Source: a virus
Lineage: Duplodnaviria > Caudoviricetes
Reading direction: 5' to 3' (one strand)
IMG/VR virus record: IMGVR_UViG_3300010340_000454
Span: 50,430 to 114,429 of that record
Length of the DNA: 64,000 nt
The first letter of the stretch is position 1, and every line of letters begins with the position of its first letter. Below the pieces are notes generated by a model. That model saw only the letters and a program-made list of their open reading frames with translations, searched no databases and was not told the origin of the DNA. Of the stretch, positions 1-10,420 are shown piece by piece. The position numbers were made by a program, and so were the translations under genes.

Positions 1-11
1 CAAGTTGCTTT

Positions 12-650
12 ATGTTAGGCATTCGCCTCGACGGCTCCTTGCACTTCAGAAATGTTTCCACAATTGATTTGTCAAAGTCCAACACCTTGATGGTTAGAGG
101 TACGTCTAAGCTAAGTGATTCTATTAAAATAATAGGGTACCGAGAAGTAGCCGCATCCGGATTATCTAATCTTGTTACAGGCTACAAGATGGAAACAATA
201 GAACAAGGTACTGGCGAAGATAAGTCTTACACTAAAGTGTCTGCACCTACTACATCGCCTAGTGTTCTGATAAATTCAAACATTAGCTTAGGGATAGAAG
301 GCTCTAAAATAGTAAACACGCCTATAGCAAGTTCTAACACACACCCTAACTACCAGAATGCGTTACACCAGAACAAGCGCATACGAAATACCTTTATGCT
401 ATCCACTTTCGTTGCTACTGACCACATGACTGATCTTGACCTGTTTGATACAGCAAAATTCATGCTAGTGGAGCAAGGCCAAGGCAAAACCCAATTAAAT
501 GAAAAAATCTCCGGCTCCTACCTAATTGTAGCTAAGACTATATATGCAACAAAAGATGGAATGTATTATGAAAAGTTTCAATTGCAGAGGCAAGGCTATA
601 ATGCTAATACCATAAGCTCCTCGCAGATGAAGGCCTTGGAGGCAAAATGA
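12..650 (+). CDS. Tail/baseplate hub-like protein, probably 5'-truncated by the window edge
   Basis: Directly upstream of the spike gene; C-terminal SGSYLI..TIY....MYYEKFQLQR resembles the end of gp27/late-control-D-like hub proteins. Confidence 0.45.
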   Translation: MLGIRLDGSLHFRNVSTIDLSKSNTLMVRGTSKLSDSIKIIGYREVAASGLSNLVTGYKMETIEQGTGEDKSYTKVSAPTTSPSVLINSNISLGIEGSKIVNTPIASSNTHPNYQNALHQNKRIRNTFMLSTFVATDHMTDLDLFDTAKFMLVEQGQGKTQLNEKISGSYLIVAKTIYATKDGMYYEKFQLQRQGYNANTISSSQMKALEAK

Positions 651-1225
651 GCGAAAGCATTCTTAATATGAGGCCGCAAGACCTCAAAGACCTACTTTTT
701 ATTGCGACTGTAGTAAGTGCTTCGGACCCAGAAAGAGAGGCGGAAGTACAAATTAGAATACCAAAGCGCATGGACGCTATTCCAGACGAAGACCTTCCTT
801 GGGCCCGTCCTAAACTACAAGGCGCGTTCTTCAAAGTTCCAGACGTGGGTGAGAAAATATATGTAGAATTCCAGCAAGGCAGCATATATCATCCAATGTA
901 CTATGCTAGGGCAATTGCTCCAAACGGCGTTAACGTTTTCTCTGACGATTACCCTAATACTTGGGGTATATCTGACGGTAAGAACTATATCCGCATAAAT
1001 AAAAACACGAACATAATGGAATTTGTTAACGACGAAGGTGTTAAGGTAACGATGGGCGCAGGTACTATGGCTGTAGACGTTCCTTCAACTTACACTCTGG
1101 ATGCAGGGGATAACGTTGTTATTAACGTAGGCCTGAATGCGTCGATTACTGCATTAACCGCAGACGTTACCACAACAGGCCCTGCTACAATTACAGGTGT
1201 CCCTATCCTACTGAACAACGGGTGA
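647..1225 (+). CDS. Baseplate central spike (gp5/gpV-like OB fold plus short beta-helix)
   Basis: VQIRIP, LPWARP and VPDVGEKIYVEFQQG motifs; beta-repeat C-terminus; followed by PAAR. Confidence 0.85.
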   Translation: MSESILNMRPQDLKDLLFIATVVSASDPEREAEVQIRIPKRMDAIPDEDLPWARPKLQGAFFKVPDVGEKIYVEFQQGSIYHPMYYARAIAPNGVNVFSDDYPNTWGISDGKNYIRINKNTNIMEFVNDEGVKVTMGAGTMAVDVPSTYTLDAGDNVVINVGLNASITALTADVTTTGPATITGVPILLNNG

Positions 1226-1228
1226 ACT

Positions 1229-1534
1229 ATGACAGGTATAGCTAGACTGAATGACATAGGAATTGGAGTCTGCCCAGGACACCCTGTACCAGTTCCCTTC
1301 ACAGCAGTAATCATACAAGGCTGCACAATGACAATATCTGAAGGAATGCCCGTATCTAACTCAAACTCCATATTGATGTGTACCTGCGGCCACACCGCAA
1401 TACCTACTATGTTTTCATCTAACGTAATAGCAGAAGGTGGCGGTGTCCACCGACTAGGAGACCTAGGTGTTAACAACGCAGGCGGTACTTACGTAATTTC
1501 ATTAGCAGGCGCTACCGTAATAGCCGGAGGTTAA
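1229..1534 (+). CDS. PAAR-type spike tip protein
   Basis: IARLND..C.GH, CTCGH and VHRLGD repeats; 101 aa; follows the spike gene. Confidence 0.85.
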   Translation: MTGIARLNDIGIGVCPGHPVPVPFTAVIIQGCTMTISEGMPVSNSNSILMCTCGHTAIPTMFSSNVIAEGGGVHRLGDLGVNNAGGTYVISLAGATVIAGG

Positions 1535-1535
1535 C

Positions 1536-2414
1536 ATGGGGGTTCACGTAGATTCTGTCATTCCTACTTGGATAAATACGTATCACCCTACTTTTTACAC
1601 TTCTCTAACAGATAAGGAGGAGTACACCTACAATACTTACCCTTCCTACAAGTCTCAGTGGATAACCGAATTCACTAATTTAAGTACAGCAATGAATAAC
1701 TGGAAAAACGTGTCTAGAGAAACCTCAGTGTCCGGTTTACTCAGTAGCATACACACTTACATCCAGCTGTACTTAAACTTTGGAACTAGCAGCGCAGCAT
1801 TAGCTTCCATGCAGGCTTACACTATCTTTAACATTAACGGTTTTATATCTTCTACACTGGCTAGGCCTATTGGTTACTACAATGATATGACCTCGGTAGC
1901 GCCTTACAACTCTGCCAAGGTAGACGCCGACATTGCCGCAATAAATACTATGGCTACAGAAACTTCTAGCATAACCACAGCGCAGAACAACTCAAAAGCG
2001 GTGGTTACGCCTTTTGTAGCTAACGCATTATTCGTGGATGTTTCTCCTGTAGGGCCTGCGGGGGCAACTCAGGTCACATTGCCAGGCTCAGGCTACACGG
2101 ATGGCATTTACACAAACATTGCTTTATCCACTGTTTCAGGAACAGGTTCCGGCGCACAAGCAGGCACTATACAGGTGACAGGCGGAGAGGTTGTTCTATG
2201 TGTTGTAGGGGCTACCAAAGGCTCTGCCTATAAGCCAGGCACAATAGTAACCGCTGCGTTACCTGGTGGTTCTGGTTTCCAAGCCAAAATTGTTGCTGTC
2301 ATTGGTGCGAGCAAACAAAACGTTGGAGAGTTTATTTTCAACAATATGAATTACAGGAAAGTGTACGAGAACTTGAACGTAGGAAGCTTAACGTTGCCTC
2401 CGTACATTACCTAA
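1536..2414 (+). CDS. Putative baseplate/tail structural protein
   Basis: GSGYTDG, GTGSGA and GGSGF Gly-rich beta repeats typical of virion proteins; baseplate context. Confidence 0.5.
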   Translation: MGVHVDSVIPTWINTYHPTFYTSLTDKEEYTYNTYPSYKSQWITEFTNLSTAMNNWKNVSRETSVSGLLSSIHTYIQLYLNFGTSSAALASMQAYTIFNINGFISSTLARPIGYYNDMTSVAPYNSAKVDADIAAINTMATETSSITTAQNNSKAVVTPFVANALFVDVSPVGPAGATQVTLPGSGYTDGIYTNIALSTVSGTGSGAQAGTIQVTGGEVVLCVVGATKGSAYKPGTIVTAALPGGSGFQAKIVAVIGASKQNVGEFIFNNMNYRKVYENLNVGSLTLPPYIT

Positions 2415-2424
2415 GAGGTAGAAT

Positions 2425-2832
2425 ATGATTCTGACATACCCTACTGCAAAGTTAGAAGGCGCTACCTATATTGACTTAAACAATTTGCTAGGCGTTAACC
2501 TAGATCCAAACCTGATCACCGACGTTAAAGCTATTAGAGGCTCTATCTACAATATACTAATGACCCCTCTAGGTACACGCTACAGGCTTCCTGAGTTTGG
2601 TTCTGCTCTTCTATGGTTGTTGCAAGAGCCTAGAGACCTTAGTACTGCCTTTAAAATAAAAAATGCAGTGTTAACAGCAATTGACCGATGGGAGCCTAGG
2701 GTGGAAATAGATACACCTCAATCTAAAGTCGATCTGTTTGGAATGGATGGGTACTCCATGAGCCTTGTTTTTTACATGCCTAGATTCAGTCAGACAGCCT
2801 CTTTCTCAATGAACATTCGGAGACCTAACTAA
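2425..2832 (+). CDS. Baseplate wedge subunit, gp25/GPW family
   Basis: IYNILMTPLGTR..LPEFGS.L..LL.EP and AIDRWEPRV motifs. Confidence 0.92.
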   Translation: MILTYPTAKLEGATYIDLNNLLGVNLDPNLITDVKAIRGSIYNILMTPLGTRYRLPEFGSALLWLLQEPRDLSTAFKIKNAVLTAIDRWEPRVEIDTPQSKVDLFGMDGYSMSLVFYMPRFSQTASFSMNIRRPN

Positions 2833-4823
2833 TGACTGACCGCGTTAAGTCATTATCGACAATCCATCCAGATTTCGACTACCTGGTAACCCAGCTCAGT
2901 AGCTACCTTAGCACTCGCCCTGTTTGGAAAGACCAACTGCGCTCGTCTACGGGCCAGTTTACGCTAGAGGTAGCAGCCGCTATTGGTGAATTAGATCAGT
3001 ACTCTTTGGAACGCATCATGCAGGACGCTTTTCCGGAAACAGCAAAACTGGATAGCGCTGTATATGCTGCAATGAAATCCTTGGGTACAAGATTAGGAAG
3101 AAAAAAGCCAGGTACTACTGTATTACCTCTGGCCGAAGTTACTACTCCTAACGGCCCTCCTGTTGGGTTTACTCGTTTAAAAAGAACTACTAACGGCGCA
3201 CCTCTGATTATTCCTCCAATGACGCAGTTCTCTACGTCTTTGGGTCTAATGTTCAATCGTAAAACTATTAGATTCGACTCTGGTTCTTTTTTCGGGTATC
3301 AGGTTCCTGATTCTTCTATAGGAAAAGAAGCGATTGAGTTATACGAGGGTAGAGTAGAGACGCGCTACTTCTCTATGACAGGCGAAGATTTTGCCTCTAT
3401 CTTTTCGGGCGAAGACAACTTTGTAATTTCGGATACTGACGTTTCTATTACGCTAGGGGCTGGCGGCACCTCAGCAGGCCCTATACCAAGACAGACCGTT
3501 GGCCTGTGGAACAATAAAAATAACTTACCAGGTTGGCAAGACATTACTACCTCAGATGGCAGACTACACGTATTGTTTGGCAGTAGCGTTTACGGTACCA
3601 TACCGGCAGCCAATCAGCTAGTAATCATGTCGTATGCTGTAACGAAAGGCGCTTCTGGTGATGGCGTTTTTCCAACGTATAAAGTAGCGTGCGAGGCTTT
3701 TCCTCAAATCGACTCTTCATACGACGTATTCGTAAGTACACCTACTCTGGCAGGGCCTGTTAATATCTCTGCAACCTCTATCTCCGGAGGTGTGAATGAG
3801 GTCTCCGCTTCCCAGTATAAAAAACTTGGTTCCCAGATTTTTGCTGCTGACCAAGGCAATAGGGCAGTACAACAACAGGATTATGCTGCGGTAGTTAAGA
3901 GTTTCACCGGAGTATCTGACGCTTTGGTAATACCTCAGAGGGATCTAGACCCTAGCGACCTTAGATTTATGAATGTGGCAAAGATTGTTACGTATCCTAA
4001 AAATATGAACAATGCCGCATTCCAGCAGCTACTATCCTACGTAAATGCTCGTTCTATGATGAGCATGAATTTTTACAGGGAAGAACTCCCAGGAGGGGAT
4101 CCGTTAGAGCCTTACATAAGACTAGTAGATTTAAAACTTAACGTGTACTGCGCCCAGAACGCCGACCTAGTTGGCATTAGAGACAACTACGTAGTACCTG
4201 CTATCCTTGGTCTTTTAGATAGGCAATGGACCGCGCTTAACCCGCGCCCGTCAGGCTCCTCGAAGATTAACAGAAAAATAACAGTGTCGGACTTCACCAC
4301 TGTTATAAAGAATGCTCACCCTAGCATAGACTATATTGTTTTGACGGAACCTAGCACAGATGTTTTGGCTAAGGTAGAAGCCCCTCTACCGACCCTAACC
4401 TTACTGAATACAGGATTAGGAACGTTCGGGAGTTTAGCTCAATTCTACTCCATTACAATAATAACTCCTACAGGAGAAACTCTGCCTTCTCCTCCTGTCA
4501 GCATTTTCCTGGATGATTTAACAGACGAGGTTTCTATATCTGTAGACTTGCCTAGCAACTACATGAACACCTGGCTTGTCTTTAGAGTTTATAGAGGGCC
4601 TACTATTGATACTATGGCCCTAGTTAATCCTGCTCTAATTTCATGGAGCTACTCAGGAAATACAGGCACTGTACAGGATTCTGGCGTAGCGCTTACGGCA
4701 GCCACTCCACCTACTACTGATACTACAGGTGAATGGGTTATTAACTTGCCTAACAATTGGTCGCCTGTAGATAAGGTATTTATGTTTAATTCTGAGCGCA
4801 CACTAAGACTGCCTGGGACTTAA
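2832..4823 (+). CDS. Baseplate wedge protein (gp6/baseplate J-like)
   Basis: DAFPETAK, LFGSSVYGTIP, YAVTKGASG, SGGVNE and RAVQQQDY motifs; follows gp25. Confidence 0.8.
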   Translation: MTDRVKSLSTIHPDFDYLVTQLSSYLSTRPVWKDQLRSSTGQFTLEVAAAIGELDQYSLERIMQDAFPETAKLDSAVYAAMKSLGTRLGRKKPGTTVLPLAEVTTPNGPPVGFTRLKRTTNGAPLIIPPMTQFSTSLGLMFNRKTIRFDSGSFFGYQVPDSSIGKEAIELYEGRVETRYFSMTGEDFASIFSGEDNFVISDTDVSITLGAGGTSAGPIPRQTVGLWNNKNNLPGWQDITTSDGRLHVLFGSSVYGTIPAANQLVIMSYAVTKGASGDGVFPTYKVACEAFPQIDSSYDVFVSTPTLAGPVNISATSISGGVNEVSASQYKKLGSQIFAADQGNRAVQQQDYAAVVKSFTGVSDALVIPQRDLDPSDLRFMNVAKIVTYPKNMNNAAFQQLLSYVNARSMMSMNFYREELPGGDPLEPYIRLVDLKLNVYCAQNADLVGIRDNYVVPAILGLLDRQWTALNPRPSGSSKINRKITVSDFTTVIKNAHPSIDYIVLTEPSTDVLAKVEAPLPTLTLLNTGLGTFGSLAQFYSITIITPTGETLPSPPVSIFLDDLTDEVSISVDLPSNYMNTWLVFRVYRGPTIDTMALVNPALISWSYSGNTGTVQDSGVALTAATPPTTDTTGEWVINLPNNWSPVDKVFMFNSERTLRLPGT

Positions 4824-4825
4824 TT

Positions 4826-6139
4826 ATGGCTAGATATAAGCTTATGCCTCCAAACTTCCAGGACTTAGAGTTCTGGAAGGAGTTCTGTGATGCTATCGAC
4901 TACGTTTGGAAAAATGAAGTAGATAATCCTCAAAAGGCTTTCAGGCTGTTGCGTGACACCTATGCAATGACCTTTGTGCCTTATGGCGAAAGCCCCGATA
5001 GCAGCTACCCAAATAACGAGTACGACCCATTAGAAGGCACAAAAGTATTCGATATTAACAATTTTTTCGACTTCTCTAGGCAAGCAGAATCCGCAGAGTT
5101 TACGCTGGCTTCTCCAGAAAGTGTTATAAATTTAGCGTCTTACGGTGCCACTAACGTACAAACAGGTTACCCACAAACATTAGTAATTGTGTATAAGTGG
5201 AATGGGTCAAAGTGGTCTCAAATACCTCCTAGCCAATACGTTGCTACCTCACCGATAGAATTAACTTTTAGCTATGTTTTACCCTCAGGTACAAAGCTAA
5301 AGCTTGTAGAACGAATCTCTTCTCCAGAATTATCCTCACAGCTTAGGTATTTAGGGTTTCAATTTCCTAATACTGAATTTATTTCTAGGGCGTCTAGTGT
5401 ATTAAAGTCACCCGCTTTGCAGGTTCTAGCATCCAATTATGGCAATTACTTAGCAGCTACTAAAGGAACGCCCCAGTTTTTTGATTTCTTTGGATTTTGC
5501 CTAGCTTCCGAATTTAGTGTTCGTAGGTTATGGGCTGAAGTTCCATACGCGCCTGCTTCAGTAAGCTATCAGGCTCAAGGCGCTCCTTATAAATACGATA
5601 CTTCGCTAACGTTTAAAAAAGTGGTTAACCCTCCGAGTGTTCCACAAAACGGCATAACGCTGTCTACAAATATAAGTATTGATATTTACCCTTACACAAA
5701 GTCTAATGTAGACCTTTACATAAAAGGCCCTACTGAAACCAGCTACACACTTGTTCCTGTTTCTGACTACGATCCAACGCCGGGCATTGCTAGCTCTTTT
5801 AACGTACTAAATTTCGGATCACCCCTAGCCATAGGTACTGAAATACTTATAATGTATAAACGCTCTAAAATACCTTACGGCATTCTCAGAGAAGAAGGTG
5901 ATCCACTTATAGGAACTCCTGTGTGGGCAGGTGGCAATTGGTTTCCTACTTCCCATGTTAACCTTAGGTACAACTTGCTTAAATACGGTGGAAGCTTGGA
6001 TAGCAATGAAATACGAAAGTTTTTTGATTACGTTGCTAACCTAAACTTGGTGCTAGACTCCGTGATCCTGAGTGAGTCCGGCTCTATAGCCCCAGCCAAC
6101 GTAGGCCTAGCCGCAAAAATGAAAATTACGCAGTTGTAA
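4826..6139 (+). CDS. Baseplate protein (gp7/tail protein I-like)
   Basis: Position between gp6-like and fibre genes; LGF...KGT..F motif; two Ig-like inserts. Confidence 0.55.
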   Translation: MARYKLMPPNFQDLEFWKEFCDAIDYVWKNEVDNPQKAFRLLRDTYAMTFVPYGESPDSSYPNNEYDPLEGTKVFDINNFFDFSRQAESAEFTLASPESVINLASYGATNVQTGYPQTLVIVYKWNGSKWSQIPPSQYVATSPIELTFSYVLPSGTKLKLVERISSPELSSQLRYLGFQFPNTEFISRASSVLKSPALQVLASNYGNYLAATKGTPQFFDFFGFCLASEFSVRRLWAEVPYAPASVSYQAQGAPYKYDTSLTFKKVVNPPSVPQNGITLSTNISIDIYPYTKSNVDLYIKGPTETSYTLVPVSDYDPTPGIASSFNVLNFGSPLAIGTEILIMYKRSKIPYGILREEGDPLIGTPVWAGGNWFPTSHVNLRYNLLKYGGSLDSNEIRKFFDYVANLNLVLDSVILSESGSIAPANVGLAAKMKITQL

Positions 6140-6159
6140 CGCTGCATAGAGAGGACAAC

Positions 6160-8853
6160 ATGATTTTCTACACAACTGACATAGGTATTCAAGCAGCAAT
6201 TGATTTTGGCACGGGAGGGCCTGCTGTAAATTTAACGCATTTTCGAGTAGGTGCCGACTACGGATATGCGTTGCCCGCACCCGTACTACCTAGTAATACT
6301 CCTAACGGAACTTCAACTACTTCCATTAGCCCACCCGGCCTAGGTTTAGCAGGCGAGCTACCTATAATTGGGTATCGCGAAGTTGCTCCTGACACCGTAG
6401 AATATACGCTACGCATGGATGCAAACATAGGTACGTTTGACTTTGGCAATATTGGAATATATATGAGTACAGGCCAGCTATTCGCTATAGCTGTATTAGA
6501 CGCTCCTGTACGCAAAGAAATTTTTGGCCCAGGTACCGCAGGTAACGTTGTAGAATTTGTTGTTCGCTTGGTGTTTGGCGGAGCTACTGTAACTATTGAT
6601 TACGTAATTAACCCTGTTGTTAACGCTAACCTGCTAGAAGTTTCTTCTGTGGATCTTCTTACTACGCCTACCCTAGCAGACTCGAACGCGTACTCGGTTA
6701 AAGGCTCTCTAGTTAACCCGATAGGCTTGACTGATAACTCTAACGCTTTTATAGCTTACAGCAAGGATAACACCTTCTGGAACTTTACCGAATACTCTAA
6801 GGTAATGTACACTGGTACTGTTACTACTTCTACCATTACGTCCCTGTCTGACTCCTCATTACCTGCGCTCCCTTGGGTTGCGGGGCGCTACCTAGTACAA
6901 TTCACCTCTGGGGCGCACGCAGGCATTGTACGCGCAGTTACCGCAAGTCCAGCAGGAAGCTTAACTTGGCATACGTCGACGGGTAGTCCTGTTGCAGCAG
7001 GCACTTCTTACGTGGTGTTGTGCTCCGATTACTTTGCTCGTAGCCTAGAAACATACCCAGAAGTAAACGATTTGGCATTATTGCCTGTTGCTGAGGCCAC
7101 TGCATCCAGAACCTATAGACTTACAAGGAATGAAGGCTTAGCTTCTAGCGGTGTAAATAGCTATTTGGTATCTGCTGCTAAACTAAACTACGACAGTAAA
7201 GCCTATCAAAATAACGAGTGGATTCCTACCTCGCATAGCCTAGTTTGGTCCGCGAACGCTTTAAAGGTGCAGTCTGCTTCTGGTGGTGGGTTTACCTCCG
7301 ATACTACTCATGTAGTTGTAGCACTACCCGTAACTACCCCACTGGCTTCTGCCTCTATACCATCTCCATATAATAGCCTAGTTATAAGTTTTTTTGAATC
7401 AGGCGACAGCAACCAAGGCCTAATTCGTAACGTTACCAATGTATCTTCTAATGTGTCAGGCGGCACAGAATACGTAGAGTTTACTTTGAGCCAGCCTATA
7501 CCAAACACACCTGGCGTTGGGGCTAGGTTTAAGTTGTGGTCACCTTCAGGTATAGGCGGGGGCGGATCTGGTGGAGGCGGTAGCGGTACAGGACAGAACG
7601 ATTTTCACGAAGGGACTGCTACTGATTCCGGCGATGGTTTCCAATACATAATCGGTACAGGTACAGTCAGTGCCGCTAGCTGCCTTATGTTTGCCTCACC
7701 TGGCTACATACCAGAATCGTTATACACAGTAACAGGCACCAATCAAATCACACTTAGCGCAGGTAACGGTCTTCCGGTAGGCACTAAATACCAGTTTGTA
7801 GAACGCACTATATACGGAATACCTGGAGGTAATAGCAATCAGGTATTAGCAAAGCTCAGTAACGCTGACTATGACTACGGTTGGGTTACATTAGCCCAGT
7901 CTACGCCTATGACTCAAGTTATACTCCGTTATCAAGGATCTTCTACTACGTTAAGGATGTTTCCAGTCCTAGGTGGTCAGATAGTTATTAACGGTACCGC
8001 ATACCCTGTACCAGCATCCGTATCCTTAAACATTAGCGCCATGCCTATCAATGAACTTAGACTCGTTTACGCTTACTGGACAGGAACTAACCTCGCGTTA
8101 GAAATTTCTACCACGGACTACGCGATAGGTCCATTTAATACTATTAAGGCAGGTGATCCTACCAGAACCCTAGTGGGATTAGTAATTAAAACAGGCGCTA
8201 CTACTGGAGCTACTCGCTCTTACTGGTGGGATAATTTAAACCAGTACAGTGGTTCAACTCTTCTTGACAGAAGGCCTTATAATAGAAGCTGGCTAACCGC
8301 ACATCAGAATTGTTTGGTTACTGGAACAAACTCTGACGCTAACCTTGCGAATGGTGCTGCTCAAGTACCTAACTTTGCAATGCTGCCTGTACTTCTATTT
8401 AAGAACGAACCCTTTAGAGTTAAGACCCGTATGCTATTTGGGTATGGCACTTACTCTGGAGGCGGTTATTTCGGTCGTATGGGAGTCGTTGACGCCTTAC
8501 AGTCTAATCTTCTAGCTAGCTGGGCCTACGGAGACTCTGCAGGGGCAGGAGATGATAGGTTACCTAATGTTTACGTAAACGAAAGCTTCACCTATGATAC
8601 GGGATCCTCTTTTAGTCAAGCTATGCTGTTAAGGCTTCACGCCTTTGCCTCGTCAGACCCTGACTCAGGAAATAGAAGTATCATGTTTGCCACTGCGGAC
8701 TATGGGTATCCGTTTTCACCAATGTCTGCGGGCTCCACCGTTGGGGCAGGCAGCTACGTAACACGTAGCCTTAATTCAAACCTGATGTTGGATTACTACA
8801 CACAGATCCAGATAGAATATATAGGCTTCCCTAATTATTCGCACAACTTGTAA
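6160..8853 (+). CDS. Tail fibre protein with DUF3751-like N-terminal baseplate anchor
   Basis: TDIG...HFRVG...GTFDFGNIGIY..TGQLFAIA N-terminus; Gly linker; GG.SNQVLAKLSNADYDYGW motif. Confidence 0.8.
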   Translation: MIFYTTDIGIQAAIDFGTGGPAVNLTHFRVGADYGYALPAPVLPSNTPNGTSTTSISPPGLGLAGELPIIGYREVAPDTVEYTLRMDANIGTFDFGNIGIYMSTGQLFAIAVLDAPVRKEIFGPGTAGNVVEFVVRLVFGGATVTIDYVINPVVNANLLEVSSVDLLTTPTLADSNAYSVKGSLVNPIGLTDNSNAFIAYSKDNTFWNFTEYSKVMYTGTVTTSTITSLSDSSLPALPWVAGRYLVQFTSGAHAGIVRAVTASPAGSLTWHTSTGSPVAAGTSYVVLCSDYFARSLETYPEVNDLALLPVAEATASRTYRLTRNEGLASSGVNSYLVSAAKLNYDSKAYQNNEWIPTSHSLVWSANALKVQSASGGGFTSDTTHVVVALPVTTPLASASIPSPYNSLVISFFESGDSNQGLIRNVTNVSSNVSGGTEYVEFTLSQPIPNTPGVGARFKLWSPSGIGGGGSGGGGSGTGQNDFHEGTATDSGDGFQYIIGTGTVSAASCLMFASPGYIPESLYTVTGTNQITLSAGNGLPVGTKYQFVERTIYGIPGGNSNQVLAKLSNADYDYGWVTLAQSTPMTQVILRYQGSSTTLRMFPVLGGQIVINGTAYPVPASVSLNISAMPINELRLVYAYWTGTNLALEISTTDYAIGPFNTIKAGDPTRTLVGLVIKTGATTGATRSYWWDNLNQYSGSTLLDRRPYNRSWLTAHQNCLVTGTNSDANLANGAAQVPNFAMLPVLLFKNEPFRVKTRMLFGYGTYSGGGYFGRMGVVDALQSNLLASWAYGDSAGAGDDRLPNVYVNESFTYDTGSSFSQAMLLRLHAFASSDPDSGNRSIMFATADYGYPFSPMSAGSTVGAGSYVTRSLNSNLMLDYYTQIQIEYIGFPNYSHNL

Positions 8854-8865
8854 TAGGAGATTATT

Positions 8866-9696
8866 ATGTTCCAACGACTGATTAAACTTATGGGAGGAGT
8901 GCCTACTCCATCTGCGTCAGGAAGGGTACTTCGCAGTTCTGGGACAGGTGGCGAGGACTACACGTGGAGTGACCTAGATGCAGCAGACGTTAAGACAGGC
9001 ACATTTGATATTGCTAGGATTCCTATTGCAGCTTTAGAGCGTTTGGTTGTAGTAGCAGACCAACCAGCTAGATACGCCCTTACTACTGCATCCGTACAAA
9101 ATGGTGATACGGTACTTCAAGTATCTCCTAATAACGAAATGTACTTCGTTGCAGATGACACCAACCTAGGCAATTCTGCTGGTTACCAAATGTATAATGC
9201 TACCGCAGTATGGTCTTCTGTACTTAATAAGCCTGTGCCTATAACAGATATTGCCGCAATCACGTCGCCTTCCGCGGACGATGTTATTCAGTATGTTGGT
9301 GGAGTGTGGACCAAACGAAGTATTTCCCAATTAAAAACTTCGTTAGCACTTAACCAAGTTGACATTGCCTTAGGTACTACAACAGTGTCTAGCGTATCTG
9401 GTGTGGTTACAATAGATACCGCAGCCTTAACCAATCATTATCAACTTACGCTTACAGAAAACGTTACGTCTTGGGTGTTTAACAATTTACCTAGTGCAGG
9501 TTACTACAGGGATATTTACGTTCATGTAATTCAGGGACCGGCTACGGATAGAACGGTAGTAAGTCCAGCAACAGCAGGTAGAACAGCAGGGGGTGCCTGG
9601 GTAGTTAGTGCTACATTGTCCTCTAGAGAAACTCTCCGCCTTCGTATCTTTTCAGATGGTACTGTGCACCTATTTCCTAGTGGGGTGATGGGATGA
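8866..9696 (+). CDS. Tail fibre-associated protein
   Basis: TGTFDIARIP, RLVVVADQ.ARYAL..VQNGD and WSSVLNKP fibre motifs. Confidence 0.65.
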   Translation: MFQRLIKLMGGVPTPSASGRVLRSSGTGGEDYTWSDLDAADVKTGTFDIARIPIAALERLVVVADQPARYALTTASVQNGDTVLQVSPNNEMYFVADDTNLGNSAGYQMYNATAVWSSVLNKPVPITDIAAITSPSADDVIQYVGGVWTKRSISQLKTSLALNQVDIALGTTTVSSVSGVVTIDTAALTNHYQLTLTENVTSWVFNNLPSAGYYRDIYVHVIQGPATDRTVVSPATAGRTAGGAWVVSATLSSRETLRLRIFSDGTVHLFPSGVMG

Positions 9697-9912
9697 GTAT
9701 GATGAACATACTAGGGGCTTCCGAAGCCTTCATGGGGTATGCTAGAGAACTTATTTAATTCCTAGTCCTACTTCACCTTTCTTAGTGTTAACAACATAAA
9801 ATTTAATCGAATGCGGGATCATGTACAACCTAATGGGAACCTAGTGTTGGAGCACCCCGGTAACCTAAATAACCATAAAGTATGGGCAGACTTTTCCTTT
9901 TCTATTACCTAA
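9693..9912 (+). pseudogene. Scar of receptor-binding gene(s): 21-codon 5' stub plus startless 48-codon fibre-like C-terminus
   Basis: ATGA-coupled MSMMNILGASEAFMGYARELI* (9693-9758); frame 9766-9912 reads ...HVQPNGNLVLEHPGNLNNHKVWADFSFSIT*. Confidence 0.45.
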
Positions 9913-9922
9913 GAGGTGCTGT

Positions 9923-10339
9923 ATGCAGGAGTTATCTGCAACAAAAACGAAAGATGAAATGTACCAGTACCTTAGAGATTCTTGGAGATTTCAAGTTCAA
10001 CAAGGTAAAAAGTATGGAAGATTTCCTCAAATTAAGCCATCTAAAATCTATGTAGCCTTATTTGGAGCTTTGCCTTATTCTAAGGAAAATAAGGCATTAC
10101 TGAAACAACTAGACTCGGAATTTGACTCCAAGCACGCGGAAGATTATCAGTTTGTTTTTAAATATAAAAGCGGAACTTACAGCGTACTAATTACTAACGT
10201 TTCCAACTACGAGGAAGCATTAAAGAAGGCGCTAGGTGCTTTGGTAAAAAAGTCTAACTTAGGTATACCCTCGTATCCACTAGCTAAACACCTAATGAAT
10301 ACGGGCGAACTAACTATGGATTTTACTAACATACAGTGA
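9923..10339 (+). CDS. Hypothetical protein
   Basis: ORF with GAGGTG RBS, followed by a terminator. Confidence 0.6.
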   Translation: MQELSATKTKDEMYQYLRDSWRFQVQQGKKYGRFPQIKPSKIYVALFGALPYSKENKALLKQLDSEFDSKHAEDYQFVFKYKSGTYSVLITNVSNYEEALKKALGALVKKSNLGIPSYPLAKHLMNTGELTMDFTNIQ

Positions 10340-10349
10340 CTAACTACCT

Positions 10350-10373
10350 AAAGGCTCCTTAATGGGGCCTTTG
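10350..10373 (+). terminator. Rho-independent terminator
   Basis: AAAGGCTCC-TTAAT-GGGGCCTTT hairpin, T-rich downstream. Confidence 0.6.
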
Positions 10374-10409
10374 TCATTTGGAGACCTTAACTCTATTTAG
10401 GTACTTTTC

Positions 10410-10420
10410 ACTAATTTAAT
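10410..10420 (+). promoter_or_regulatory. Putative late promoter (ACTAATTTAAT)
   Basis: Variant of the 17-mer at 40161 and 45405; lies after a terminator and upstream of a structural operon. Confidence 0.5.

Noticed and set aside
647-9696. Type VI secretion system or extracellular contractile injection system
   Set aside because: Spike, PAAR and gp25 sit in a genome with terminase, portal, protease and replication genes, so they belong to a phage tail
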